Origin: Rhodothermales bacterium
GTDB taxonomy: Bacteria; Bacteroidota; Rhodothermia; Rhodothermales; Bin80
Direction: 5' to 3'
Length of the DNA stretch: 64,000 nucleotides
Assembly (NCBI GenBank): GCA_965116685.1
Contig: OZ220707.1
Coordinates: forward strand, 16,714-80,713
The stretch's first letter is position 1; the number at the start of each line of letters is the position of its first letter. Positions 1 through 10,902 of this stretch are shown piece by piece. A program made the translations under genes and the position numbers. The notes under the pieces are model-generated. The model was not told where the DNA came from. It did not search any database and worked only from the letters and a program-made list of their open reading frames with translations.

Positions 1-117
1 CGCAAGCTGTCCGCTACTGAGATTATCGAATGGCTTACAAACGGGACGATCAGTACAGATTCCTGGCTTGAGTACATACGTCAAAAGTATAGTGCTATTT
101 ATGGGAATCTGCCTTAG
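1..117 (+). CDS. 3' end of an unidentified CDS entering from the left edge
   Basis: Frame 1 is open from base 1 to TAG at 115-117 (...SATEIIEWLTNGTISTDSWLEYIRQKYSAIYGNLP*). Too short to assign a family. Confidence 0.3.
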   Translation, partial: RKLSATEIIEWLTNGTISTDSWLEYIRQKYSAIYGNLP

Positions 118-148
118 GTTATATTCATCACTAACTTAATTCTATCAT

Positions 149-514
149 ATGGCATCCAACACAGTTAGCGAACGCACCCATTCACCCCAATTCCCAATTG
201 AGTATTATGCAGACAGTGCGCATCTTCGTCAGCGGGACAAAAATGCGATTGAAACACGAATTCATAAGTTGGCGCGTGGTCACCGCGATATTGCCGGTGC
301 TTCCGTTGCTATCGAGTGTGTCAGTGGTGCCAATAAGCACGCAGAGTATAAGGCCCGCGTGGTAGTGTACTGTAAGCCGGCAAATATTGCAGCATCCCGG
401 ACACAGGATTCTGTTCGCTCAGCAGTGAGCGAGGCTCTTGAGGCGATTGAACGCCAGATCCGCGAACAACGCGAGCGCATGCGTGATCGTCATCGGGCAG
501 CCCGCGCAATCTAG
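149..514 (+). CDS. Ribosome hibernation factor (HPF/RaiA)-like protein
   Basis: 121-aa ORF. The spacing of hydrophobic strands and the C-terminal helix ...AVSEALEAIERQIREQRERMRD follow the HPF/YfiA pattern (ldkLerQlrk). Assigned by eye only. Confidence 0.5.
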   Translation: MASNTVSERTHSPQFPIEYYADSAHLRQRDKNAIETRIHKLARGHRDIAGASVAIECVSGANKHAEYKARVVVYCKPANIAASRTQDSVRSAVSEALEAIERQIREQRERMRDRHRAARAI

Positions 515-590
515 GATACGACTTCCATTTCTGGCCACGACCTCGTTGTCATAAAACAGTCATTCTTTGCTAGGTGCCCCGACTTCATTT

Positions 591-1973
591 ATGGAAGAGA
601 CAAAACGAAAACAGATGGAAGGCTTGCTGTCAGACTGGTCTCCTGCATCCTGGCGAAAAAAGAATGCCATTCAGCAGGTTGCCTATGCGGATGAGGAGCA
701 CCTCACAAGCGTTCTCAATCAGTTAAAACAGCAGCCTGCCTTGGTTACTTCCTGGGAGATTGAAGCCTTGCGTAACCGACTCGCAGAGGCCGCTGCCGGG
801 CGTAGATTCCTCCTTCAGGGCGGAGATTGTGCAGAGCGATTTGAGGATTGCAGAGCGGAATTGATCAAGAATCGCCTCAAGATTCTGCTTCAGATGAGTG
901 TGATCCTAATCTATGGCCTGCAGATGCCGGTTCTTCGGATCGGACGCTTTGCCGGTCAGTATGCGAAGCCCCGGAGTGATTCACACGAAACCCGCAATGG
1001 AGTCTCGCTCCCTTCGTATCGGGGAGATAATATTAATGCACCTGCATTTACCGCAGAAGCACGAATACCGGACCCCCAGCGCCTCATGCAGGCATATCAC
1101 TGCTCTGCAGTTCAACTCAACTTTGTACGTGCATTGGCAGATGCGGGGTTTGCTGATCTTCATAATGCAGAAAACTGGAACCTGAGCTTTGTCCAGGAAG
1201 CCCCTTACATCCAGAGCTATCTGACGATTATCAGCAAAATTCGCAAAGCATTGGATTTTGCCAAAGTGGTATCCGACCATCCGATTGGTGGATTGGGGCG
1301 TGTTACCTTCTATACGAGCCATGAGGCACTCCACCTTCCGTATGAGGAAGCGCTCACGAGAGAGGTTCCGTATGCCAAAGGAGTCTACAACTTATCAACA
1401 CATTTGCCCTGGATTGGGAAACGGACACTCTTTGAGGATAGTGCACATGTAGAGTATATGCGAGGGATACGCAACCCGATTGGAATTAAGGTCAGCAATG
1501 AGGTAGCCCCTAGTGACCTGATTCCCCTGGCGCGGTTCTTGAATCCTCTGAATGACCCCGGACGCCTGACCATGATCACGCGGATGGGAGCTGCAAAAGT
1601 CGAGGATGCCTTGCCTCGTTTGGTTGAGGCCGTCCAGCGTGCAGGGTTGAATGTATTATGGTGCTGTGATCCAATGCATGGAAATACAGAAACGGCATCC
1701 AGTGGAATAAAGACGCGAAAATTTGAGAATATCTTAGCTGAGCTGGAAGCAGTAATTGACATGCATGCTCGCATGAAAACCATTTTAGGGGGTGTTCATT
1801 TTGAACTGACTGGAGAAGACGTTACCGAATGTGTCGGAGGAGCGAGTGGTGTAGAGGAAGAAGATTTGAATCAGCGTTATCATTCGACGGTAGATCCCCG
1901 ATTGAATGTGAGTCAGTCACTGGAGATGGCCCTGCGGATCGCGGAGAAGTATCAAAATATGGAGAGTGCCTAA
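591..1973 (+). CDS. 3-deoxy-7-phosphoheptulonate (DAHP) synthase, class II
   Basis: Class II hallmarks are present: WSPASWR...QQ near the N-terminus, LLQGGDCAERF, IGRFAGQYAKPRS, WCCDPMHGNT. The ATG at 591 is preferred over the TTG at 567. Confidence 0.88.
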   Translation: MEETKRKQMEGLLSDWSPASWRKKNAIQQVAYADEEHLTSVLNQLKQQPALVTSWEIEALRNRLAEAAAGRRFLLQGGDCAERFEDCRAELIKNRLKILLQMSVILIYGLQMPVLRIGRFAGQYAKPRSDSHETRNGVSLPSYRGDNINAPAFTAEARIPDPQRLMQAYHCSAVQLNFVRALADAGFADLHNAENWNLSFVQEAPYIQSYLTIISKIRKALDFAKVVSDHPIGGLGRVTFYTSHEALHLPYEEALTREVPYAKGVYNLSTHLPWIGKRTLFEDSAHVEYMRGIRNPIGIKVSNEVAPSDLIPLARFLNPLNDPGRLTMITRMGAAKVEDALPRLVEAVQRAGLNVLWCCDPMHGNTETASSGIKTRKFENILAELEAVIDMHARMKTILGGVHFELTGEDVTECVGGASGVEEEDLNQRYHSTVDPRLNVSQSLEMALRIAEKYQNMESA

Positions 1974-2078
1974 GACCTCGGAAGTGTGGCCCATAGAGTG
2001 ATCACCAGAATTAGCTTCTTTATGCTTCCGCCAGGAATAATCTGTTCCTTTGCCCGATGAACTTGATCAAGTACTTGG

Positions 2079-3083
2079 ATGCAGTATGATTTGATTGCGA
2101 TGGGGCGCTCATCCATTGACCTGTATTCGAAAGATATTGGGGCGCCATTCTCGCAGATATCCAGCTTTGCAGCCTATGTTGGAGGCTCGCCAACGAACAT
2201 TTCTGTAGGCACATGTCGACTCGGCTTGAGCGTCGCACTGCTCACCGCAGTCGGCGAAGATCCAGTTGGAGACTTTATACTGGACTTTCTGAAAGATGAG
2301 GGGGTGGAGACAAAATATATTCCCCGGAAACCCAACCGACGTACGAGTGCGGTCATCTTAGGGATTGAGCCACCGGATCGCTTTCCATTGGTCTATTACA
2401 GGGACAACTGTGCAGATAATGCGCTCAGCATTGATGATGTCCAAGCGGTTCCGATCACGCAGACGCGTGTCTTTGAGTTTGCAGGCACGAACCTTGCCCA
2501 GGAATCTAGTCGAAGTGCGACCTTGTATGCTGCGGAGCGGGCCAATGAATCGGGTGTATCCGTCATTCTGGACCTTGATTTTCGTCCAGATCAATGGCAC
2601 GATGCCCGGGCCTTTGGTGTTTCAATTCGAACGGCTATGCGCAATGTAGAGATCGTAATTGGTACCCAGGATGAAATCAACGCGGCAGTGCTGGAAAATC
2701 CGGACAAAGTTCAACTGACCGACCAACAAGTATCGGATGCCCGTGTGGAGGGGAATGTGGATCGTGCGATTTCCATTCTGTTAACCCTTGGCCCCCGACT
2801 TGTGATCGAAAAATGCGGGGCGGAAGGTGCACGGATTCATGAGCGGGGAGTGGCACCGGTTGAAGTGCCGGGGTTTCCCGTCGAAGTGCAGAATATTCTT
2901 GGGGCGGGCGATGCGTTTGCGGCAGGGTTTATCTACGGACTGGTCAAAGGCTGGCCCTGCGTTCGTGCCGTTCGTCTCGCCAATGCCTGTGGTGCAATGG
3001 TTGTGACCAGACATGGATGTGCCAATTTTATGCCTACGCTTGGAGAGGTCAAGGCAATGACTGCTCCACATGGGGGCCTGTAG
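2079..3083 (+). CDS. iolC: PfkB-family sugar kinase, 5-dehydro-2-deoxygluconokinase-like
   Basis: Collinear with IolC as I remember it: DLIAMGRSSIDL, YVGGSPTNIS, YYRDNCAD, LDLDFRPDQW, IVIGTQDE, GAGDAF. Confidence 0.65.
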   Translation: MQYDLIAMGRSSIDLYSKDIGAPFSQISSFAAYVGGSPTNISVGTCRLGLSVALLTAVGEDPVGDFILDFLKDEGVETKYIPRKPNRRTSAVILGIEPPDRFPLVYYRDNCADNALSIDDVQAVPITQTRVFEFAGTNLAQESSRSATLYAAERANESGVSVILDLDFRPDQWHDARAFGVSIRTAMRNVEIVIGTQDEINAAVLENPDKVQLTDQQVSDARVEGNVDRAISILLTLGPRLVIEKCGAEGARIHERGVAPVEVPGFPVEVQNILGAGDAFAAGFIYGLVKGWPCVRAVRLANACGAMVVTRHGCANFMPTLGEVKAMTAPHGGL

Positions 3084-3110
3084 CCTGAAGTCCAGGAGAC
3101 ATCTGGCCGA

Positions 3111-6100
3111 TTACGCGAGGAGTGGCGCGGCTGCGTCAGTGCCACTCGGCAGCGGTTTCCGTTTGAAAAGTGACAACATGGCAACGGAAGCCAGAGGAGA
3201 CAGCAGTGTGGATGCCAGAAGCCCCGCCGTGACCGTGACGGCCAGACCAATCCAGAAATCATCATTATTTGGAAAAACCAGAAGGGGTAACATTGCAGCG
3301 CCACTGGTCAAGGTCGTTGTCCACATCGGACGCAACCGTTCACGAACCGCTAAGCGGGCCAGGATGGAAGACTTCCCATAGGGGCGGGCTAGTTGTAATT
3401 GCCGAAAGCGATCTGTCAAAAGAATACTGTCGTTCACGGCAATCCCGATCAGGAGTACACTTCCAATGAAGGCACCCTCCACGAAGCTGGCCTCGGTAAT
3501 TATGAAGCCGAGACAGACCCCCACCGCAGCCAGCGGAACGCTCAGCATGACGACCAGAGGCAGACGCCAGGACTCAAACACGGATGCAGTGACCAGAAAC
3601 ACAAGTAAGATGGTTGCTGCAAATACCCAACCGAAAGCGCGCTTGGTCTCTTCGGTGAAAAAGTAGTCATATCCACTCTCAATTCGATATCCGGGCGGAA
3701 TGGGAAACGTAGCCAGTGCATTTTCGATAAACCTCCGCCTCATGTCGAATGGGCCGCGAAAATCCACGCTGATCCGCCGTATATACTGTTGATCTTCCCG
3801 TTCGATTTCCGCCGCCATCTCAACGATTTTGTAATCAGCTACTCCTGCAAGTCTGAGAAGGGAGCTATCGCTGACCACCAGGGGGCGTTGCGTAATGCGG
3901 TCAATGTCAAGATTCGCGGCATTATTGATGATCAGGCGAATGGGGACCCGTGAATCTCCTGCTATATCGGCTCGCCAGCGTGGATGTGTCGTTTCGAAGT
4001 AAGGCCGCATGCGATGATTAATCCAGTAGGCATTCGCCCCCGTCCTTGCAGTCGCATCTGCAGTCCATTCAAATTGAAGTACTTGGCGGGCCTGGCTCCG
4101 GATCCATGAACTCCCCATCGCATTCAGGTCAACCCCTTGAACCCGGCGACTCTTACGTTTGACAAAGTCTCCAAATTGATGAACGAGCAAATCCAGATCT
4201 TCATAATTGGGGCCATACAGGCGTACGCTTGCTCCACCGATTCCCCCACCTCCTCCACTGTAATATCCTGTATCGGGAATAATTTCCCCCACGGATACGG
4301 ACATGCCTCCGAGTAAAATGGCGCGTCCAACCAATTTTCGCTGGAGAATGTAGGGACCAGGGGTCGTTAAGGAGCCTTTTTCGAACTCTATATTCAAGTA
4401 GGCATAGTCTTCACTGATCCTTACATCGGTTCGATAGACACTCTCTTCCGCTAAGGCCATCTGTTCAAAGTTCGCAATGAGAGAGTCGCTTCGCTCAATG
4501 GTATTTCCCTTGGGAAAGCTTAGTCTCACGTAGATGCTTTTGCGTTCAGGATAACTCCAGGGCTTATAGAAGGACACTGTTCGAAAGAAAGGCCGCAGGA
4601 CTCCGCCCGTCAGTGGGTCAATGTACTGTCTGCCAGTTTGGAGGATGGGAGCCCCCAACGAAGCATTATAGATATTGGCAAAACGCTCCTTGACATCGCT
4701 TGACCATCCTAATCGAGGCTCGTTAAATTGCATGGGGAGCTTCCATATTGGAACCCCAAGCAGTAAAATCAAGGCAACCAGCGTACTCTTGGGGAAGCGT
4801 GCAACCAGACGGTAGGGCATGGCAACGGCTCGCCTGAGCCATTTCCATTCTGGTTTTTCAACTTTTGGTGATAGGAAACGCACCACCACCGGCACAAAAG
4901 CGACTGCACTGATTAACGAGATCAGAAGTGTAATACTCACTAGGACCCCAAAAGGCAAAAACAAATCACGCAAATCTCCGCTCAAATAAACCAGCGGAAG
5001 CATGACCGCCATGGTACTCAATGTGCCGCCCAGAAGTGGTAGCCAGACCGCTTTCAAGGCTGCTTGTGTGCGTGCGACATGCAACTCCAGTCCTCGCATT
5101 CCGCGTGCAAGGAGTTTTTGCTGTTGTAAAAGGAGTTGTTCAACGACGACGACACTGTTGTCAATGAGGAGGCCAAACACCAGCACCAGTCCCGCAAGTG
5201 TAATGATGTTCAGAGATAGATCAAAGAACCTGAATAATGCGAGGGAAGGTGCAAGGGCTACGGCAACGCTGAATAGCACAATGACCGTTGCACGCACGCT
5301 TTTGAGCATGAAGAGCAGCACGAGGGTTACCAGGATGAGTCCGATTCCGCCACGTAAGGTCAAGTCATCCAGTAATTCCCGGACATTTTCGGTGCGATCC
5401 AAGACCACTAGCAGTCTCCCTCCTTCCGGCAGAGATTCTCGTATATCCTCAATTCGATCATAGACCGTCTCTGCAACATCGACAATATGAGACCCGCGAG
5501 TACGCTCCAGATCCAATGCCACTGCATTGAGTCCGTCAATACGCCGAATACTGAGGCGGGGCGCGGGGCCCAGTTTCAGGTTGGCAACCTGATCAAGACG
5601 GACAGGGAGCTCCCCAGGCCTGCTTTGGCTGACGATGATGGAAGATAGGCGATTTAGGTCGAGCTCCGGTCGATTCATCATCAGATGCCCTCTGCCCTGA
5701 GCATCCATTCGACCAAACACATGATCTTGCAATGATGAGCCCACCTGCTGCATCACATCGCCATATTCAATCCCGTAGGCATCAAGTCGGTCCGGTTCCA
5801 ATGAAATCAAAAGCTCACGTTCACTACCACCGGTAACCTCAACCAAATCAATGCCAGGCAAACTCTCGAATTTGGGTTTCAGGAGCTCATCGGCCGTTTT
5901 TCTGAGTTCATCTGGGCTATAGGGGCCGATCAGCCGTAAGGTCATAAATCCCTGAAGATCACGAAATGCTTCCGGAATTTCCTTGGTCAGACGGGGAGAA
6001 ACGTTTTCGGGCAGCCGATCTCTGAGTAGGGTCAGGTTTTCTCCAATCTGCGTACTGAAGGTGCCCAAGTCAACATCTTCATCCACCTGAATTTGTATAT

Positions 6101-6374
6101 GGGAACGACCTTCGGATGAGATACTGTTGATTTCAGCGATCCCGGGGACCGTTTGGATCTCGCGCTCAATGGGTGCAGTGATATATCTCTCCACTTGCCT
6201 TGGTGAGGCCCCCGGCCAAATCGCTGAAATACTCACACGGGGCAGTTCCGTATTGGGAGAGTATTCAATTGGAATATCCAGAGCAGCCCAGATCCCGGCG
6301 AGGACGATGGCAGTACACCAGGAAATCACAGCGATGGGTCGTTTAAGAAGACCTGCTGTACCCTTACTGAGCAT
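3111..6374 (-). CDS. RND efflux transporter permease (AcrB/HAE1-like)
   Basis: 1087-aa ORF with an N-terminal TM then a periplasmic loop (PRVSISAIWPGASPRQVE), two TM bundles (LIDNSVVVVE, AVNDSILL) and typical length. Confidence 0.85.
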   Translation of the reverse strand: MLSKGTAGLLKRPIAVISWCTAIVLAGIWAALDIPIEYSPNTELPRVSISAIWPGASPRQVERYITAPIEREIQTVPGIAEINSISSEGRSHIQIQVDEDVDLGTFSTQIGENLTLLRDRLPENVSPRLTKEIPEAFRDLQGFMTLRLIGPYSPDELRKTADELLKPKFESLPGIDLVEVTGGSERELLISLEPDRLDAYGIEYGDVMQQVGSSLQDHVFGRMDAQGRGHLMMNRPELDLNRLSSIIVSQSRPGELPVRLDQVANLKLGPAPRLSIRRIDGLNAVALDLERTRGSHIVDVAETVYDRIEDIRESLPEGGRLLVVLDRTENVRELLDDLTLRGGIGLILVTLVLLFMLKSVRATVIVLFSVAVALAPSLALFRFFDLSLNIITLAGLVLVFGLLIDNSVVVVEQLLLQQQKLLARGMRGLELHVARTQAALKAVWLPLLGGTLSTMAVMLPLVYLSGDLRDLFLPFGVLVSITLLISLISAVAFVPVVVRFLSPKVEKPEWKWLRRAVAMPYRLVARFPKSTLVALILLLGVPIWKLPMQFNEPRLGWSSDVKERFANIYNASLGAPILQTGRQYIDPLTGGVLRPFFRTVSFYKPWSYPERKSIYVRLSFPKGNTIERSDSLIANFEQMALAEESVYRTDVRISEDYAYLNIEFEKGSLTTPGPYILQRKLVGRAILLGGMSVSVGEIIPDTGYYSGGGGGIGGASVRLYGPNYEDLDLLVHQFGDFVKRKSRRVQGVDLNAMGSSWIRSQARQVLQFEWTADATARTGANAYWINHRMRPYFETTHPRWRADIAGDSRVPIRLIINNAANLDIDRITQRPLVVSDSSLLRLAGVADYKIVEMAAEIEREDQQYIRRISVDFRGPFDMRRRFIENALATFPIPPGYRIESGYDYFFTEETKRAFGWVFAATILLVFLVTASVFESWRLPLVVMLSVPLAAVGVCLGFIITEASFVEGAFIGSVLLIGIAVNDSILLTDRFRQLQLARPYGKSSILARLAVRERLRPMWTTTLTSGAAMLPLLVFPNNDDFWIGLAVTVTAGLLASTLLSPLASVAMLSLFKRKPLPSGTDAAAPLLA

Positions 6375-6546
6375 GAGGGAGCAAATGGCGATAGTTCAGT
6401 AGGCTGAACCAACGGTGCTATAGATAGTAGAGTTCCTAGAGTGGCTAGCAACATAAATTAAATTATTCGTTTTACTCAATTCCTAGAACCTCGGGCATGT
6501 TTATTGTCCCGAGACACTTTGCTTGACCAGGAATCATTATTAGCAT

Positions 6547-7821
6547 ATGGCGGATAGATCTCGTTCACCACGCAGGATTAAGCCATGGCACATTTTCGGT
6601 CTGATCTTGGCATTGGCGATAACCGGCCTGGTTTTATATGGAGTATGGCCTGCTGTCGTTGGCGAGGGAGTAGATGATGATCGGGAACTGACCGAGGAAC
6701 CGGAACCCGCACGTGCCCCCGTTGAAGTCCTGGTATTGGAACGGGGAGAATTTCCTCTCCGCGCAGAAGCGACCGGGCACCTGGCACCATGGCGTGAATC
6801 TAAAATCAGTGCGGAGGTCAGTGGGTTAATTCTTGATCGGCCGGTAGAAGAAGGGCAGCGTGTACATGCTGGTCAGGTTTTGATGCGTCTCAATGATCGT
6901 GAAACGAAAATTCGCCTGGCCGCAGCCGAAGCAGCTCTTCTGAAGGCACGCGCAGACTATGCAGTCCAAATCAGCAATGCCGGGGAGGTGGAAGCGGCGG
7001 ATACGACAAAGCTTGCAGATGCCAGAATCCGGTTGAAAACCGCGGAGGAGGCATTTGCATCAGGGTCAATCACACAGACGGAGCTTGATAATGTTCGTCG
7101 CCATTTCGAAGCGATGGATGTGTTGGCCGGGAATCAACGTGAAGCTGTAACGGCCGTGTATACCAATTTGACACAACAGGAACAAGAGGTAGAGCAGGCA
7201 CGCCTGCAATTGGAGCGTACCCAGGTCATTGCCCCCTTTAATGGCCGGGTTGCAGATCTTCAAGTGGAGGAGGGACAGCATGTTGGAGCGGGCGTTCATC
7301 TTCTCACGCTGCTTCAAGATGACCGGATGAAAGTATCGGTTGATGTTCTTGAGGGGGATCTGGTGCATGTTACTCCTGGGGTTACCGCGAATGTGATTGT
7401 GCCAAGCTACAGCGATGAAGTATTCCAGGGCTATGTGCATGCAGTGAATCCTTCCGTGGATCCCAAGACCGGTTCCGGGCGCATTACCGTAGCGCTTCGA
7501 AATCCAGGTGGTCGACTCGTTTCCGGCCTATATGCGGATGTAGCTCTGGAAACGAATCGTTTGCAGGATCGGATGGTTGCTCCATCTGAAGCGGTCATCG
7601 TTCGGCAAGGCAGGGAAGTTGTTTTTCTGGTCAAAGGAGGACGGTCGTACTGGATGTATGTGGTTGTGGGAGAGCGTTCTGGTAATTTCACGGAAATTAT
7701 TGGTGGGGATTCCCCCAGTGTTGTGGAGCCGGGAGACTCCCTGGTCGTCCAGGGAAACTATGCATTGGCACATGATGTCCCCGTAGAAGTCACTGGAGTG
7801 GTGGAGTTAGGGCTTCGTTAA
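6547..7821 (+). CDS. Efflux RND periplasmic adaptor (membrane fusion protein, HlyD family)
   Basis: N-terminal TM anchor, lipoyl-like segment (GQRVHAGQVLMRL), long coiled-coil, then APFNGRVADLQVEEGQHV. Sits immediately upstream of an RND permease. Confidence 0.82.
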   Translation: MADRSRSPRRIKPWHIFGLILALAITGLVLYGVWPAVVGEGVDDDRELTEEPEPARAPVEVLVLERGEFPLRAEATGHLAPWRESKISAEVSGLILDRPVEEGQRVHAGQVLMRLNDRETKIRLAAAEAALLKARADYAVQISNAGEVEAADTTKLADARIRLKTAEEAFASGSITQTELDNVRRHFEAMDVLAGNQREAVTAVYTNLTQQEQEVEQARLQLERTQVIAPFNGRVADLQVEEGQHVGAGVHLLTLLQDDRMKVSVDVLEGDLVHVTPGVTANVIVPSYSDEVFQGYVHAVNPSVDPKTGSGRITVALRNPGGRLVSGLYADVALETNRLQDRMVAPSEAVIVRQGREVVFLVKGGRSYWMYVVVGERSGNFTEIIGGDSPSVVEPGDSLVVQGNYALAHDVPVEVTGVVELGLR

Positions 7822-7854
7822 AGCTTTGCTTCACTGGTCTATCTTTGATCAGGT

Positions 7855-10800
7855 ATGAAAACCTTCATTGCTTCCTGCCTGAATCGTCCAGTTGCCGTTA
7901 CAGCATTCTATGCCCTTCTGCTGGTATTGGCAGTCGTTGCTTATGTGCGATTACCTGTGGCATTGCTCCCGGACTTGCGCTATCCTGGACTGGTAGTATG
8001 GACCAGCTATCCTGATGTACCACCAGACAGGGTCGAACGAGCGGTCACCGAGCGAATCGAACAAGCGGTTGCTGGAACGGCAGGCCTTACACGAGTAACG
8101 TCACGTACCTTGCTCGGGGGGAGTCTTGTGCATATGCAGTTTGGGTGGAATTCAAACCTGGATTTGGCGTTACTGGATGTACGGGAGAACCTGGATCGGC
8201 TGGGGGACATGTTTCCAAGAGAGGCATCAAGGCCCGCAGTCCTTCATCTTGATCCAGGGGATCGTCCCATTATGGTGATCGCACTTCGTAACAGAGCAGA
8301 GCAGCAAGGCAATGACCGCCCAGAGGACCTGGTTGAACTCAAGCGTGTTGGTCGGGATTTGATTGCACGCCGGTTAGAGCAGCTCAGCGACGTCGCACGG
8401 GTTCAGGTAACAGGAGGGTTTGAGCGTCGGATTGAGGTTGAGGTTGATCCGGATCAGATGATCGCGTATGGGATCAGCCTCAGCCAGATCGCAAGTGAGC
8501 TTGAAGGATCAAACGTAGCGCTGCAGGGGGGTGTCATTCGGCGTGGACCGTTCCGTTATCCGGTGGAGATCAGCGGAGAGTTCAAAGACACGGGGGATAT
8601 CGCTCAGACGGTCATTTCTACGCGGAACAACACACCAATCCGACTTCGGGACGTTGCTCAAGTGCGGGATGGGGTTGCGGAGCGGCGTGGGATGGTTCGA
8701 CTTGATGGTGCCGAAACACTGCTGCTGCTTGTTGAGCGTAAAGCAGATGCAAATATCGTTCGGGCAGTGGAAGAAATCCGTACGGTCCTGGCTGCATTGG
8801 AAGGAGAATATGAGCAGATTTCTCTGGAGGTCGTGGTTGATGAGAGTGAGTTTATTCAGGCAGCTATTGGAGGGGTGACGCAGGCCGTACTCTTGGGTGG
8901 GCTACTGGCCATCCTCGTTTTGTTTGCGTTCCTGAAGCGGCTGCGAGCTCTTTTGGCTGCCGCGGTGGCGGTCCCGCTCTCTATGGCAGTAACGCTAGTT
9001 TTTTTCGAGCCTCTGGATGTCACCTTCAATTTGATCTCGCTCAGTGGCCTGGCATTAGGCGCAGGGATGCTCGTTGATAATGCCATTGTTGTTATTGAAA
9101 ATATTGCCCGATTACGTGAGCAGGGGCAGTCGCCACTGCAGGCCGCACGTAATGGTGCTTCAGAGGTGGCAGGTGCGATTATCGCAAGTACACTAACTAC
9201 GATTGCGGTTTTCTTGCCGATCACACTGGTGGAAGGTCTAGCGGGTAGGCTCTTCAGAGACCAATCTCTGGCCGTTGTCTGTTCACTTTTGGCTTCGTTA
9301 CTCGTGGCGTTAACCGTGGTCCCGCTCATCGTGTCCCGTGAACGGCAGACCACTAATCAGCCCGTCCACAAGCTTGGTGCTAGATCAAGGCTGTTGCCTC
9401 GGTATGAGCAGGCTCTTTCATGGAGTCTGGATCATCGCTGGACCGTCATGATGTTCTGTGCTTTTTTACTCATGGGTGCTGGTTTATTGATTTCAAACCT
9501 GCCTCGCGAGGTGATTCCCGAGACGGAACAGGGGCGTGTAGATGTGCGGATTACGTTGCCGACCGATGCAGATTTAACCATGATAGCCTCGCGGGCCTCA
9601 GAGATTGAATCGCAGGCCAAAGCCAGGGGCTGGGCAGATCGAGTGCTTGCAGATTTGGGGGAGCGGGATCAAGCGCGCCTGGACCTGGATCCGCGTCCCC
9701 CCTACGAGGGTGACATTACTCTGTTATTGCCGCCAGGGCAAAACGCGGATGAAGTGCTATTGGCCATACAATCACTGGATTTGCCGGATGATGTCTCAAT
9801 CAAGGCGCAGCGTGTGGAAACACAATTAGAGCAGCTATTGGCCGTCAGTGATGCGGATCTGCTGATTGATCTGATAAGCGAAGATCGCCGCGATGCAGAA
9901 CAGGTTGTGGGGCGTGTCCATCAGTTATTGGAGGCACGCCCGGAATTGGTGAATGTACGACGTACGGATGCCGCTTCCGTGCCAACCTACCAGTTGACCT
10001 TCAATCGAGACATGATGAACCGTTATGGTGTCCATGCCAGAACATTGACCTCATATCTTGAGGCAGGTGCTCGGGGAAGTGAGGCTACGACCCTTAAAAC
10101 CGTGAATGAGGAGGTCCCGATCGTATTGCGCTCACGTCATATTGATTCAATTGAACGGCTGTTGTCCGAACAGATTCCTGCACGTGATGGCTTGATGCCC
10201 ATCGGGACCTTTGTTACAGCAGAGTCAATCTCATTGCCTGCCGCTCTCGTACGGGTGGAACAGTCTTCCGTGGTACGGCTCACTGCCGACATTGGACAGG
10301 GATATGATCTGGGGCGGGCAATGCGTGCAGTTACCGATGTGACAAGCAGAACATTGCCGATTACGGTACGCAGTCGAGTAGGCGGCTCTGTTGAGGTATT
10401 CCAGCAAAGCCTGTTTGGTGTAGCCCTGAGCCTGACACTGAGCTTATTGCTCGTATATCTGATTCTTGCAGCACAGTTCGAAAACCTGGTTCAGCCGCTT
10501 ATCATCCTGATCTCTGTACCTCTTGCGGCAGCGGGAGTTGCCTTTGTGCTTGGACTCACGGGGCAATCAATCAACCTGATGAGTCTCATGGGGACCGTGG
10601 TACTTGTTGGGATTGTGGTGAATGATGCAATTATCAAGACGGATTTCATCAATCAGCGGCGTGCCGCGGGCAGTCCGATCCGTGAGGCTATTATGGCTGC
10701 TGGGCATGATCGTGTGCGGCCGATTCTCATGACAACCATCACAACGGTTCTGGGACTGTTGCCCTTGGCGATGGGGTTTGGCCAGGGGGCAGAGCTGCGT

Positions 10801-10902
10801 GCACCACTGGCCATTGCGATCATTGGTGGGCTAACCAGTGCGTCCGTGCTGACTCTCTTTGTCGTTCCGGTGCTTTACAGCATTTTCGCTCGCATGAAGT
10901 AA
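7855..10902 (+). CDS. RND efflux transporter permease (AcrB family)
   Basis: 1015-aa ORF with RPVAVTAFYALLLVL, YPDVPPDRVERAVTERIE, GMLVDNAIVVIENI, VVNDAIIKTDF and PILMTTITTVLGLLPLA. Confidence 0.88.
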   Translation: MKTFIASCLNRPVAVTAFYALLLVLAVVAYVRLPVALLPDLRYPGLVVWTSYPDVPPDRVERAVTERIEQAVAGTAGLTRVTSRTLLGGSLVHMQFGWNSNLDLALLDVRENLDRLGDMFPREASRPAVLHLDPGDRPIMVIALRNRAEQQGNDRPEDLVELKRVGRDLIARRLEQLSDVARVQVTGGFERRIEVEVDPDQMIAYGISLSQIASELEGSNVALQGGVIRRGPFRYPVEISGEFKDTGDIAQTVISTRNNTPIRLRDVAQVRDGVAERRGMVRLDGAETLLLLVERKADANIVRAVEEIRTVLAALEGEYEQISLEVVVDESEFIQAAIGGVTQAVLLGGLLAILVLFAFLKRLRALLAAAVAVPLSMAVTLVFFEPLDVTFNLISLSGLALGAGMLVDNAIVVIENIARLREQGQSPLQAARNGASEVAGAIIASTLTTIAVFLPITLVEGLAGRLFRDQSLAVVCSLLASLLVALTVVPLIVSRERQTTNQPVHKLGARSRLLPRYEQALSWSLDHRWTVMMFCAFLLMGAGLLISNLPREVIPETEQGRVDVRITLPTDADLTMIASRASEIESQAKARGWADRVLADLGERDQARLDLDPRPPYEGDITLLLPPGQNADEVLLAIQSLDLPDDVSIKAQRVETQLEQLLAVSDADLLIDLISEDRRDAEQVVGRVHQLLEARPELVNVRRTDAASVPTYQLTFNRDMMNRYGVHARTLTSYLEAGARGSEATTLKTVNEEVPIVLRSRHIDSIERLLSEQIPARDGLMPIGTFVTAESISLPAALVRVEQSSVVRLTADIGQGYDLGRAMRAVTDVTSRTLPITVRSRVGGSVEVFQQSLFGVALSLTLSLLLVYLILAAQFENLVQPLIILISVPLAAAGVAFVLGLTGQSINLMSLMGTVVLVGIVVNDAIIKTDFINQRRAAGSPIREAIMAAGHDRVRPILMTTITTVLGLLPLAMGFGQGAELRAPLAIAIIGGLTSASVLTLFVVPVLYSIFARMK

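Noticed and set aside
5002-5463. Antisense or nested ORFs inside strongly supported genes (also 8856-9353, 12078-12515, 36740-37366, 41070-41510, 43522-43875, 60093-60611 and others).
   Set aside because: They are low-complexity and Arg/Ser/Pro-rich, sit entirely within and opposite to genes with clear family signatures, and are typical shadow ORFs.
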